From Balanoglossus misakiensis (lineage: Eukaryota > Animalia > Hemichordata), in NCBI GenBank assembly GCA_040954595.2, contig CM082582.2, positions 1,470,203 to 1,534,202 on the forward strand: 64,000 bases of DNA. The letters run 5' to 3'. The first letter of the stretch is position 1. Every line of letters starts with the position of its first letter. Position numbers and translations under genes: made by a program. This document shows, in pieces, positions 48,003 through 63,000 of the stretch. The notes under the pieces were generated by a model. It saw only the letters and a program-made list of their open reading frames with translations. It did no database searches and was not told where the DNA came from.

Positions 48003-51000
48003 ATGATTTTTTTCAAAAATCGACGAAATTTTGAGATTTTGCAAAAGAGGAAAATTTGTCATTTTTTGATGATTTTCAACAATTTTTTTAAAAAATCGAC
48101 GAAAATTTGAGATTTTGCAGTAAAAAATTTGTAATTTTTTGATGATTTTCACCGATGATTTTTTTCAAAATTGACGAAATTTTGAGATTTTGCAGTCGAA
48201 AATTTGTAATTTTTTGATGATTTTCCCCCATGATTTTTTTCAAAAATCGACGAAATTTTGAGATTTTGCAAAGTCGAAAATTTGTCATTTTTTGATGATT
48301 TTCACCCATGATTTTCTTCAAAAATCGACGAAATTTTGAGATTTTGCAAAGTCGAAAATTTGTCATTTTTTGATGATTTTCACCCAATGTTTTTTTTTCA
48401 AAAATGGACGAACCCATGATTTTTTAAAAAATCGACGAAAATTTGAGATTTTGCAGTAAAAATTTTGTCATTTTTTGATGATTTTCACCCATGATTTTTT
48501 CAAAATTGGCAAAATTTTGAGATTTTGCAAAGTCGAAAATTTGTCATTTTTTGATGATTTTCACCCATGATTTTTTTTCACAAATCGACGAAATTTTGAG
48601 ATTTTGTAGTCGTTAATTTGTCATTTTTTGATGATTTTCCCCCATGATTTTTTTCAAAAATCAACGAAATTTTGAGATTTTGCAAAGTCGAAAATTTGTC
48701 ATTTTTAGATGATTTTCACCCGTCTTTTTTCAAAAAATCGACGAAATTTTGAGATTTTGCAAAGAGGAAAATTTGTCATTTTTTGATAATTTTCAACAAT
48801 GATTTATTTCAAAAATCGACGAAATTTTGAGATTTTGCAAAGTTGAAAATTTTTCAAAAATCGACGAAATTTATAGATTTTGCAAAGAGGAAAATTTGTC
48901 ATTTTTTGATGATTTTCACCCATGATTTTTTTCAAAATTGACGAAATTTTGAGTTTTTGCAGTCGAAAATTTGTAATTTTTTGATGATTTTCACCCGTTT
49001 TTTTTTCAAAAATCGACGAAATTTTGAGATTTTGCAGTCGAAAATTTGTCATTTTTTGATGATTTTCACCCTTGATTTTCTTCAAAAATCGACGAAATTT
49101 TGAGATTTTGCAAAGTCGAAAATTTGTCATTTTTTGATGATTTTCACCCATGATTTTTTTCAAAAATCGATGAAATTTTGAGATTTTGCAGTAAAAAAAT
49201 TGTCATTATTTGATGATTTTCGACCATGATTTTTTTCAAAATTGACGAAATTTTGAGATTTTGCAGTCGAAAATTTGTCATTTTTTGATCATTTTCCCAC
49301 ATGATTTTTTTCAAAAATCGACGAAATTTTCAGATTTTGCAAAGTCTAAAATTTGTCATTTTTTCATGATTTTCACCCATGATTTTTTCAAAAATTGACG
49401 AAATTTTGAGATTTTGCAAAGTCGAAAATTTGTCATTTTTTGATGATTTTCACCCATGTCTTTTTTCAAAAATCGACGAAATTTTGAGATTTTGCAAAGA
49501 GGAAAATTTGTCATTTTTTGATGATTTTCAACAATGATATTTTTTCAAAAATCGACGAAATTTTGAGATTTTGCAGTCAAAAATTAGTCATTTTTTGATG
49601 ATTTTCAACAATTTTTTTAAAAAATCGACGAAAATTTGAGATTTTGCAGTAAAAAATTTGTCATTTTTTGATGATTTTCACCCATGATTTTTTTAAAATT
49701 GGCAAAATTTTGAGATTTTGCAAAGTCGAAAATTTGTCATTTTTTGATGATTTTCACCCATGATTTTTTTTCACAAATCGACGAAATTTTGAGATTTTGT
49801 AGTCGTAAATTTGTCATTTTTTGATGATTTTCCCCCATGATTTTTTTCAAAAATCAACGAAATTTTGAGATTTTGCAAAGTCGAAAATTTGTCATTTTTA
49901 GATGATTTTCAACCGTCTTTTTTCAAAAAATCGACGAAATTTTGTGATTTTGTAAAGAGGAAAATTTGTCATTTTTTGATAATTTTCAACAATGATTTAT
50001 TTCAAAAATCGACGAAATTTTGAGATTTTGCAGTCGAAAATTTGTCATTTTTTGATGATTTTCCCCCATGATTTTTTTCAAAAATCGACGAAATTTTGAG
50101 ATTTTGCAAAGTTGAAAATATTTCAAAAATCGACGAAATTTATAGATTTTGCAAAGAGGAAAATTTGTCATTTTTTGATGATTTTCACCCATGATTTTTT
50201 TCAAAATTGACGAAATTTTGAGTTTTTGCAGTCGAAAATTTGTCATTTTTTGATGATTTTCACCCGTTTTTTTTTCAAAAATCGACGAAATTTTGAGATT
50301 TTGCAGTCGAAAATTTGTTATTTTTTGATGATTTTCACCCATGATTTTTTCAAAATTGACGAAATTTTGAAATTTTGCGGTCGAAAATTTGTCATTTTTT
50401 GATCATTTTCCCCATGATTTTTTTCAAAAATCGACGAAATTTTGAGATTTTGCAAAGTCGAAAATTTGTCATTTTTTGATGATTTTCACCCATGATTTTT
50501 TCAAAAATCGACGAAATTTTGAGATTTTGCAGTCGAAAATTTGTAATTTTTTGATGATTTTCCCCCATGATTTTTTTCAAAAATCGACGAAATTTTGAGA
50601 TTTTGCAAAGTCGAAAATTTGTCATTTTTTGATGATTTTCACCCATGATTTTCTTCAAAAATCGACGAAATTTTGAGATTTTGCAAAGTCGAAAATTTGT
50701 CATTTTTTGATGATTTTCACCCATGATTTTTTTCAAAAATCGATGAAATTTTGAGATTTTGCAAAGTCGAAAATTTGTCATTTTTTCATGATTTTCACCC
50801 ATGATTTTTTCAAAAATCGATGAAATTTTCAGATTTTGCAAAGTCGAAAATTTGTCATTTTTTGATGATTTTCACCCATGATTTTTTTCAAAATTGACGA
50901 AATTTTGAGATTGTGCAAAGTCAAAAATTTGTCATTTTTTGATGATTTTCACCCATGATTTTTTTTCACAAATCGACGAAATTTTGAGATTTTGTAGTCG

Positions 51001-54000
51001 TAAATTTGTCATTTTTGATGATTTTCCCCCATGATTTTTTTCAAAAATCAACGAAATTTTGAGATTTTGCAAAGTCGAAAATTTGTCATTTTTAGATGAT
51101 TTTCACCCGTCTTTTTTCAAAAAATCGACGAAATTTTGAGATTTTGCAAAAAGGAAAATTTGTCAATTTTTGATAATTTTCAACAATGATTTATTTCAAA
51201 AATCGACGAAATTTTGAGATTTTGCAGTCGAAAATTTGTCATTTTTTGATGATTTTCCCCCATGATTTTTTTCAAAAATCGACGAAATTTTGAGATTTTG
51301 CAAAGTTGAAAATTTTTCAAAAAGCGACGAAATTTATAGATTTTGCAAAGAGGAAAATTTGTCATTTTTTGATGATTTTCACCCATGATTTTTTCAAAAA
51401 TTGACGAAATTTTGAGATTTTGCAAAGTCGAAAATTTGTCATTTTTTGATGATTTTCACACATGATTTTTTTCAAAAATCGACGAAATTGTGAGATTTTG
51501 CAAAGACGAAAATTTGTCATTTTTTGATGATTTTTACCCATGATTTTTTTTCAAAAATGGACGAAATTTTGAGGTTTTGCAAAGTCGAAAATTTGTCATT
51601 TTTTGATGATTTTCACACATGATTTTTTTCAAAAATCGACGAAATTGTGAGATTTTGCAAAGACGAAAATTTGTCATTTTTTGATGATTTTTACCCATGA
51701 TTTTTTTTCAAAAATGGACGAAATTTTGAGGTTTTGCAAAGTCGAAAATTTGTTATTTTTTGATGATTTTCACCCATGTCTTTTTTTAAAAATCGACGAA
51801 ATTTTGAGATTTTGCAAAGAGGAAAATTTGTCATTTTTTCATGATTTTCCCCCATGATTTTTTTCAAAAATCGACGAAATTTTGAGATTTTGCAAAGTCG
51901 ACGAAAATGTGTCATTTTTTGATGATTTTCAACCGTTTTTTTTCAAAATTTGTCAGTTTTTGATGATTTTCACCCATGTTTTTTTTTTTAAAAATCGACG
52001 AACCAATGATTTTTTTCAAAATTGACGAAATTTTGAGATTTTGCAGTCGAAAATTTGTCATTTTTTGATCATTTTCCCCCATGATTTTTTTCAAAAATCG
52101 ACGAAATTTTCAGATTTTGCAAAGTCGAAAATTTGTCATTTTTTCATGATTTTCACCCATGATTTTTTCAAAAATCGACGAAATTTTGAGATTTTGCAGT
52201 CGAAAATTTGTAATTTTTTGATGATTTTCCCCCATGATTTTTTTCAAAAATCGACGAAATTTTGAGATTTTGCAAAGTCGAAAATTTGTCATTTTTTGAT
52301 GATTTTCACCCATGATTTTTTTCAAAAATCGACGAAATTTTGAGATTTTGCAAAGTCGAAAATTTGTCATTTTTTGATGATTTTCACCCATGATTTTTTT
52401 CAAAAATCGACGAAATTTTGAGATTTTGCAAAGTCGAAAATTTGTCATTTTTTCATGATTTTCACCCATGATTTTTTCAAAAATCGATGAAATTTTCAGA
52501 TTTTGCAAAGTCGAAAATTTGTCATTTTTTGATGATTTTCACCCATGATTTTTTTCAAAATTGACGAAATTTTGAGATTGTGCAAAGTCAAAAATTTGTC
52601 ATTTTTTGATGATTTTCACCCATGATTTTTTTTCACAAATCGACGAAATTTTGAGATTTTGTAGTCGTAAATTTGTCATTTTTGATGATTTTCCCCCATG
52701 ATTTTTTTCAAAAATCAACGAAATTTTGAGATTTTGCAAAGTCGAAAATTTGTCATTTTTAGATGATTTTCACCCGTCTTTTTTCAAAAAATCGACGAAA
52801 TTTTGAGATTTTGCAAAAAGGAAAATTTGTCAATTTTTGATAATTTTCAACAATGATTTATTTCAAAAATCGACGAAATTTTGAGATTTTGCAGTCGAAA
52901 ATTTGTCATTTTTTGATGATTTTCCCCCATGATTTTTTTCAAAAATCGACGAAATTTTGAGATTTTGCAAAGTTGAAAATTTTTCAAAAATCGACGAAAT
53001 TTATAGATTTTGCAAAGAGGAAAATTTGTCATTTTTTGATGATTTTCACCCATGATTTTTTCAAAAATTGACGAAATTTTGAGATTTTGCAAAGTCGAAA
53101 ATTTGTCATTTTTTGATGATTTTCACACATGATTTTTTTCAAAAATCGACGAAATTGTGAGATTTTGCAAAGACGAAAATTTGTCATTTTTTGATGATTT
53201 TTACCCATGATTTTTTTTCAAAAATGGACGAAATTTTGAGGTTTTGCAAAGTCGAAAATTTGTCATTTTTTGATGATTTTCACACATGATTTTTTTCAAA
53301 AATCGACGAAATTGTGAGATTTTGCAAAGACGAAAATTTGTCATTTTTTGATGATTTTTACCCATGATTTTTTTTCAAAAATGGACGAAATTTTGAGGTT
53401 TTGCAAAGTCGAAAATTTGTTATTTTTTGATGATTTTCACCCATGTCTTTTTTTAAAAATCGACGAAATTTTGAGATTTTGCAAAGAGGAAAATTTGTCA
53501 TTTTTTCATGATTTTCCCCCATGATTTTTTTCAAAAATCGACGAAATTTTGAGATTTTGCAAAGTCGACGAAAATGTGTCATTTTTTGATGATTTTCAAC
53601 CGTTTTTTTTCAAAATTTGTCAGTTTTTGATGATTTTCACCTATGTTTTTTTTTAAAAAATCGACGAACCAATGATTTTTTTCGAAATCGACGAAATTTT
53701 GTGATTTTACAAAGTCGAAAATTTTGTCATTTTTTGATGATTTTCAACCATGATTTTTTTTCAAAAATCGACGAAAATTTGAGATTTTGCAAAGACGAAA
53801 ATTTGTCATTTTTGATGATTTTTACCCATGATTTTTTTTTCAAAAATGGACGAAATTTTGAGATTTTGCAAAGACGAAAATTTGTCATTTTTTGATGATT
53901 TTCACCCATGATTTTTTTTCAAAAATCGACGAAATTTTGAGATTTTGCAAAGAGGAAAATTTGTCATTTTTTCATGATTTTCCCCCATGATTTTTTTCAA

Positions 54001-57000
54001 AAATCGACGAAATTTTGTGATTTTGTAAAGAGGAAAATTTGTCATTTTTTGATAATTTTCAACAATGATTTATTTCAAAAATCGACGAAATTTTGAGATT
54101 TTGCAGTCGAAAATTTGTCATTTTTTGATGATTTTCCCCCATGATTTTTTTCAAAAATCGACGAAATTTTGAGATTTTGCAAAGTTGAAAATTTTTCAAA
54201 AATCGACGAAATTTATAGATTTTGCAAAGAGGAAAATTTGTCATTTTTTGATGATTTTCACCCATGATTTTTTTCAAAATTGACGAAATTTTGAGTTTTT
54301 GCAGTCGAAAATTTGTCATTTTTTGATGATTTTCACCCGTTTTTTTTTCAAAAATCGACGAAATTTTGAGATTTTGCAGTCGAAAATTTGTTATTTTTTG
54401 ATGATTTTCACCCATGATTTTTTCAAAATTGACGAAATTTTGAAATTTTGCAGTCGAAAATTTGTCATTCTTTGATCATTTTCCCCATGATTTTTTTCAA
54501 AAATCGACGAAATTTTGAGATTTTGCAAAGTCGAAAATTTGTCATTTTTTGATGATTTTCACCCATGATTTTTTCAAAAATCGACGAAATTTTGAGATTT
54601 TGCAGTCGAAAATTTGTAATTTTTTGATGATTTTCCCCCATGATTTTTTTCAAAAATCGACGAAATTTTGAGATTTTGCAAAGTCGAAAATTTGTCATAT
54701 TTTGATGATTTTCACCCATGATTTTCTTCAAAAATCGACGAAATTTTGAGATTTTGCAAAGTCGAAAATTTGTCATTTTTTGATGATTTTCACCCATGAT
54801 TTTTTTCAAAAATCAACGAAATTTTGAGATTTTGCAAAGTCGAAAATTTGTCATTTTTAGATGATTTTCACCCGTCTTTTTTCAAAAAATCGACGAAATT
54901 TTGAGATTTTGCAAAAAGGAAAATTTGTCAATTTTTGATAATTTTCAACAATGATTTATTTCAAAAATCGACGAAATTTTGAGATTTTGCAGTCGAAAAT
55001 TTGTCATTTTTTGATGATTTTCCCCCATGATTTTTTTCAAAAATCGACGAAATTTTGAGATTTTGCAAAGTTGAAAATTTTTCAAAAATCGACGAAATTT
55101 ATAGATTTTGCAAAGAGGAAAATTTGTCATTTTTTGATGATTTTCACCCATGATTTTTTCAAAAATTGACGAAATTTTGAGATTTTGCAAAGTCGAAAAT
55201 TTGTCATTTTTTGATGATTTTCACACATGATTTTTTTCAAAAATCGACGAAATTGTGAGATTTTGCAAAGACGAAAATTTGTCATTTTTTGATGATTTTT
55301 ACCCATGATTTTTTTTCAAAAATGGACGAAATTTTGAGGTTTTGCAAAGTCGAAAATTTGTCATTTTTTGATGATTTTCACACATGATTTTTTTCAAAAA
55401 TCGACGAAATTGTGAGATTTTGCAAAGACGAAAATTTGTCATTTTTTGATGATTTTTACCCATGATTTTTTTTCAAAAATGGACGAAATTTTGAGGTTTT
55501 GCAAAGTCGAAAATTTGTTATTTTTTGATGATTTTCACCCATGTCTTTTTTTAAAAATCGACGAAATTTTGAGATTTTGCAAAGAGGAAAATTTGTCATT
55601 TTTTCATGATTTTCCCCCATGATTTTTTTCAAAAATCGACGAAATTTTGAGATTTTGCAAAGTCGACGAAAATGTGTCATTTTTTGATGATTTTCAACCG
55701 TTTTTTTTCAAAAATTGTCAGTTTTTGATGATTTTCACCCATGTTTTTTTTTTAAAAAATCGACGAACCAATGATTTTTTTCAAAATTGACGAAATTTTG
55801 AGATTTTGCAGTCGAAAATTTGTCATTTTTTGATCATTTTCCCCCATGATTTTTTTCAAAAATCGACGAAATTTTCAGATTTTGCAAAGTCGAAAATTTG
55901 TCATTTTTTCATGATTTTCACCCATGATTTTTTCAAAAATCGACGAAATTTTGAGATTTTGCAGTCGAAAATTTGTAATTTTTTGATGATTTTCCCCCAT
56001 GATTTTTTTCAAAAATCGACGAAATTTTGAGATTTTGCAAAGTCGAAAATTTGTCATTTTTTGATGATTTTCACCCATGATTTTCTTCAAAAATCGACGA
56101 AATTTTGAGATTTTGCAAAGTCGAAAATTTGTCATTTTTTGATGATTTTCACCCATGATTTTTTTCAAAAATCGACGAAATTTTGAGATTGTGCAAAGTC
56201 AAAAATTTGTCATTTTTTGATGATTTTCACCCATGATTTTTTTTCACAAATCGACGAAATTTTGAGATTTTGTAGTCGTAAATTTGTCATTTTTTGATGA
56301 TTTTCCCCCATGATTTTTTTCAAAAATCGACGAAATTTTGAGATTTTGCAAAGTTGAAAATTTTTCAAAAATCGACGAAATTTATAGATTTTGCAAAGAG
56401 GAAAATTTGTCATTTTTTGATGATTTTCACCCATGATCTTTTCAAAAATTGACGAAATTTTGAGATTTTGCAAAGTCGAAAATTTGTCATTTTTTGATGA
56501 TTTTCACACATGATTTTTTTCAAAAATCGACGAAATTGTGAGATTTTGCAAAGACGAAAATTTGTCATTTTTTGATGATTTTTACCCATGATTTTTTTTC
56601 AAAAATGGACGAAATTTTGAGGTTTTGCAAAGTCGAAAATTTGTCATTTTTTGATGATTTTCACACATGATTTTTTTCAAAAATCGACGAAATTGTGAGA
56701 TTTTGCAAAGACGAAAATTTGTCATTTTTTGATGATTTTTACCCATGATTTTTTTTCAAAAATGGACGAAATTTTGAGGTTTTGCAAAGTCGAAAATTTG
56801 TTATTTTTTGATGATTTTCACCCATGTCTTTTTTTAAAAATCGACGAAATTTTGAGATTTTGCAAAGAGGAAAATTTGTCATTTTTTCATGATTTTCCCC
56901 CATGATTTTTTTCAAAAATCGACGAAATTTTGAGATTTTGCAAAGTCGACGAAAATGTGTCATTTTTTGATGATTTTCAACCGTTTTTTTTCAAAATTTG

Positions 57001-60000
57001 TCAGTTTTTGATGATTTTCACCCATGTTTTTTTTTTAAAAAATCGACGAACCAATGATTTTTTTCAAAATTGACGAAATTTTGAGATTTTGCAGTCGAAA
57101 ATTTGTCATTTTTTGATCATTTTCCCCCATGATTTTTTTTCAAAAATGGACGAAATTTTGAGGTTTTGCAAAGACGAAAATTTGTCATTTTTTGATGATT
57201 TTTACCCATGTCTTTTTTCAAAAATGGACGAAATTTTGAGGTTTTGCAAAGTCGAAAATTTGTTATTTTTTGATGATTTTCACCCATGTCTTTTTTTAAA
57301 AATCGACGAAATTTTGAGATTTTGCAAAGAGGAAAATTTGTCATTTTTTCATGATTTTCCCCCATGATTTTTTTCAAAAATCGACGAAATTTTGAGATTT
57401 TGCAAAGTCGACGAAAATGTGTCATTTTTTGATGATTTTCAACCGTTTTTTTTCAAAAATTGTCAGTTTTTGATGATTTTCACCCATGTTTTTTTTTTAA
57501 AAAATCGACGAACCAATGATTTTTTTCAAAATTGACGAAATTTTGAGATTTTGCAGTCGAAAATTTGTCATTTTTTGATCATTTTCCCCCATGATTTTTT
57601 TCAAAAATCGACGAAATTTTCAGATTTTGCAAAGTCGAAAATTTGTCATTTTTTCATGATTTTCACCCATGATTTTTTCAAAAATCGACGAAATTTTGAG
57701 ATTTTGCAGTCGAAAATTTGTAATTTTTTGATGATTTTCCCCCATGATTTTTTTCAAAAATCGACGAAATTTTGAGATTTTGCAAAGTCGAAAATTTGTC
57801 ATTTTTTGATGATTTTCACCCATGATTTTCTTCAAAAATCGACGAAATTTTGAGATTTTGCAAAGTCGAAAATTTGTCATTTTTTGATGATTTTCACCCA
57901 TGATTTTTTTCAAAAATCGACGAAATTTTGAGATTGTGCAAAGTCAAAAATTTGTCATTTTTTGATGATTTTCACCCATGATTTTTTTTCACAAATCGAC
58001 GAAATTTTGAGATTTTGTAGTCGTAAATTTGTCATTTTTTGATGATTTTCCCCCATGATTTTTTTCAAAAATCGACGAAATTTTGAGATTTTGCAAAGTT
58101 GAAAATTTTTCAAAAATCGACGAAATTTATAGATTTTGCAAAGAGGAAAATTTGTCATTTTTTGATGATTTTCACCCATGATCTTTTCAAAAATTGACGA
58201 AATTTTGAGATTTTGCAAAGTCGAAAATTTGTCATTTTTTGATGATTTTCACACATGATTTTTTTCAAAAATCGACGAAATTGTGAGATTTTGCAAAGAC
58301 GAAAATTTGTCATTTTTTGATGATTTTTACCCATGATTTTTTTTCAAAAATGGACGAAATTTTGAGGTTTTGCAAAGTCGAAAATTTGTCATTTTTTGAT
58401 GATTTTCACACATGATTTTTTTCAAAAATCGACGAAATTGTGAGATTTTGCAAAGACGAAAATTTGTCATTTTTTGATGATTTTTACCCATGATTTTTTT
58501 TCAAAAATGGACGAAATTTTGAGGTTTTGCAAAGTCGAAAATTTGTTATTTTTTGATGATTTTCACCCATGTCTTTTTTTAAAAATCGACGAAATTTTGA
58601 GATTTTGCAAAGAGGAAAATTTGTCATTTTTTCATGATTTTCCCCCATGATTTTTTTCAAAAATCGACGAAATTTTGAGATTTTGCAAAGTCGACGAAAA
58701 TGTGTCATTTTTTGATGATTTTCAACCGTTTTTTTTCAAAATTTGTCAGTTTTTGATGATTTTCACCCATGTTTTTTTTTTAAAAAATCGACGAACCAAT
58801 GATTTTTTTCAAAATTGACGAAATTTTGAGATTTTGCAGTCGAAAATTTGTCATTTTTTGATCATTTTCCCCCATGATTTTTTTCAAAAATCGACGAAAT
58901 TTTCAGATTTTGCAAAGTCGAAAATTTGTCATTTTTTCATGATTTTCACCCATGATTTTTTCAAAAATCGACGAAATTTTGAGATTTTGCAGTCGAAAAT
59001 TTGTAATTTTTTGATGATTTTCCCCCATGATTTTTTTCAAAAATCGACGAAATTTTGAGATTTTGCAAAGTCGAAAATTTGTCATTTTTTGATGATTTTC
59101 ACCCATGATTTTCTTCAAAAATCGACGAAATTTTGAGATTTTGCAAAGTCGAAAATTTGTCATTTTTTGATGATTTTCACCCATGATTTTTTTCAAAAAT
59201 CGACGAAATTTTGAGATTGTGCAAAGTCAAAAATTTGTCATTTTTTGATGATTTTCACCCATGATTTTTTTTCACAAATCGACGAAATTTTGAGATTTTG
59301 TAGTCGTAAATTTGTCATTTTTGATGATTTTCCCCCATGATTTTTTTCCAAAATCAACGAAATTTTGAGATTTTGCAAAGTCGAAAATTTGTCATTTTTA
59401 GATTATTTTCACCCGTCTTTTTTCAAAAAATCGACGAAATTTTGAGATTTTGCAAAAAGGAAAATTTGTCAATTTTTGATAATTTTCAACAATGATTTAT
59501 TTCAAAAATCGACGAAATTTTGAGATTTTGCAGTCGAAAATTTGTCATTTTTTGATGATTTTCCCCCATGATTTTTTTCAAAAATCGACGAAATTTTGAG
59601 ATTTTGCAAAGTTGAAAATTTTTCAAAAAGCGACGAAATTTATAGATTTTGCAAAGAGGAAAATTTGTCATTTTTTGATGATTTTCACCCATGATTTTTT
59701 CAAAAATTGACGAAATTTTGAGATTTTGCAAAGTCGAAAATTTGTCATTTTTTGATGATTTTCACACATGATTTTTTTCAAAAATCGACGAAATTGTGAG
59801 ATTTTGCAAAGACGAAAATTTGTCATTTTTTGATGATTTTTACCCATGATTTTTTTTCAAAAATGGACGAAATTTTGAGGTTTTGCAAAGTCGAAAATTT
59901 GTCATTTTTTGATGATTTTCACACATGATTTTTTTCAAAAATCGACGAAATTGTGAGATTTTGCAAAGACGAAAATTTGTCATTTTTTGATGATTTTTAC

Positions 60001-63000
60001 CCATGATTTTTTTTCAAAAATGGACGAAATTTTGAGGTTTTGCAAAGTCGAAAATTTGTTATTTTTTGATGATTTTCACCCATGTCTTTTTTTAAAAATC
60101 GACGAAATTTTGAGATTTTGCAAAGAGGAAAATTTGTCATTTTTTCATGATTTTCCCCCATGATTTTTTTCAAAAATCGACGAAATTTTGAGATTTTGCA
60201 AAGTCGACGAAAATGTGTCATTTTTTGATGATTTTCAACCGTTTTTTTTCAAAATTTGTCAGTTTTTGATGATTTTCACCCATGTTTTTTTTTTAAAAAA
60301 TCGACGAACCAATGATTTTTTTCAAAATTGACGAAATTTTGAGATTTTGCAGTCGAAAATTTGTCATTTTTTGATCATTTTCCCCCATGATTTTTTTCAA
60401 AAATCGACGAAATTTTCAGATTTTGCAAAGTCGAAAATTTGTCATTTTTTCATGATTTTCACCCATGATTTTTTCAAAAATCGACGAAATTTTGAGATTT
60501 TGCAGTCGAAAATTTGTAATTTTTTGATGATTTTCCCCCATGATTTTTTTCAAAAATCGACGAAATTTTGAGATTTTGCAAAGTCGAAAATTTGTCATTT
60601 TTTGATGATTTTCACCCATGATTTTTTTCAAAAATCGACGAAATTTTGAGATTTTGCAAAGTCGAAAATTTGTCATTTTTTGATGATTTTCACCCATGAT
60701 TTTTTTCAAAAATCGACGAAATTTTGAGATTTTGCAAAGTCGAAAATTTGTCATTTTTTCATGATTTTCACCCATGATTTTTTCAAAAATCGATGAAATT
60801 TTCAGATTTTGCAAAGTCGAAAATTTGTCATTTTTTGATGATTTTCACCCATGATTTTTTTCAAAATTGACGAAATTTTGAGATTGTGCAAAGTCAAAAA
60901 TTTGTCATTTTTTGATGATTTTCACCCATGATTTTTTTTCACAAATCGACGAAATTTTGAGATTTTGTAGTCGTAAATTTGTCATTTTTGATGATTTTCC
61001 CCCATGATTTTTTTCAAAAATCAACGAAATTTTGAGATTTTGCAAAGTCGAAAATTTGTCATTTTTAGATGATTTTCACCCGTCTTTTTTCAAAAAATCG
61101 ACGAAATTTTGAGATTTTGCAAAAAGGAAAATTTGTCAATTTTTGATAATTTTCAACAATGATTTATTTCAAAAATCGACGAAATTTTGAGATTTTGCAG
61201 TCGAAAATTTGTCATTTTTTGATGATTTTCCCCCATGATTTTTTTCAAAAATCGACGAAATTTTGAGATTTTGCAAAGTTGAAAATTTTTCAAAAATCGA
61301 CGAAATTTATAGATTTTGCAAAGAGGAAAATTTGTCATTTTTTGATGATTTTCACCCATGATTTTTTCGAAAATTGACGAAATTTTGAGATTTTGCAAAG
61401 ACGAAAATTTGTCATTTTTTGATGATTTTTACCCATGATTTTTTTTCAAAAATGGACGAAATTTTGAGGTTTTGCAAAGTCGAAAATTTGTCATTTTTTG
61501 ATGATTTTCACACATGATTTTTTTCAAAAATCGACGAAATTGTGAGATTTTGCAAAGACGAAAATTTGTCATTTTTTGATGATTTTTACCCATGATTTTT
61601 TTTCAAAAATGGACGAAATTTTGAGGTTTTGCAAAGTCGAAAATTTGTTATTTTTTGATGATTTTCACCCATGTCTTTTTTTAAAAATCGACGAAATTTT
61701 GAGATTTTGCAAAGAGGAAAATTTGTCATTTTTTCATGATTTTCCCCCATGATTTTTTTCAAAAATCGACGAAATTTTGAGATTTTGCAAAGTCGACGAA
61801 AATGTGTCATTTTTTGATGATTTTCAACCGTTTTTTTTCAAAATTTGTCAGTTTTTGATGATTTTCACCCATGTTTTTTTTTTAAAAAATCGACGAACCA
61901 ATGATTTTTTTCGAAATCGACGAAATTTTGTGATTTTACAAAGTCGAAAATTTTGTCATTTTTTGATGATTTTCAACCATGATTTTTTTTCAAAAATCGA
62001 CGAAAATTTGAGATTTTGCAAAGACGAAAATTTGTCATTTTTGATGATTTTTACCCATGATTTTTTTTTCAAAAATGGACGAAATTTTGAGATTTTGCAA
62101 AGACGAAAATTTGTCATTTTTTGATGATTTTCACCCATGATTTTTTTTCAAAAATCGACGAAATTTTGAGATTTTGCAAAGAGGAAAATTTGTCATTTTT
62201 TCATGATTTTCCCCCATGATTTTTTTCAAAAATCGACGAAATTTTGTGATTTTGTAAAGAGGAAAATTTGTCATTTTTTGATAATTTTCAACAATGATTT
62301 ATTTCAAAAATCGACGAAATTTTGAGATTTTGCAGTCGAAAATTTGTCATTTTTTGATGATTTTCCCCCATGATTTTTTTCAAAAATCGACGAAATTTTG
62401 AGATTTTGCAAAGTTGAAAATTTTTCAAAAATCGACGAAATTTATAGATTTTGCAAAGAGGAAAATTTGTCATTTTTTGATGATTTTCACCCATGATTTT
62501 TTTCAAAATTGACGAAATTTTGAGTTTTTGCAGTCGAAAATTTGTCATTTTTTGATGATTTTCACCCGTTTTTTTTTCAAAAATAGACGAAATTTTGAGA
62601 TTTTGCAGTCGAAAATTTGTTATTTTTTGATGATTTTCACCCATGATTTTTTCAAAATTGACGAAATTTTGAAATTTTGCAGTCGAAAATTTGTCATTCT
62701 TTGATCATTTTCCCCATGATTTTTTTCAAAAATCGACGAAATTTTGAGATTTTGCAAAGTCGAAAATTTGTCATTTTTTGATGATTTTCACCCATGATTT
62801 TTTCAAAAATCGACGAAATTTTGAGATTTTGCAGTCGAAAATTTGTAATTTTTTGATGATTTTCCCCCATGATTTTTTTCAAAAATCGACGAAATTTTGA
62901 GATTTTGCAAAGTCGAAAATTTGTCATTTTTTGATGATTTTCACCCATGATTTTCTTCAAAAATCGACGAAATTTTGAGATTTTGCAAAGTCGAAAATTT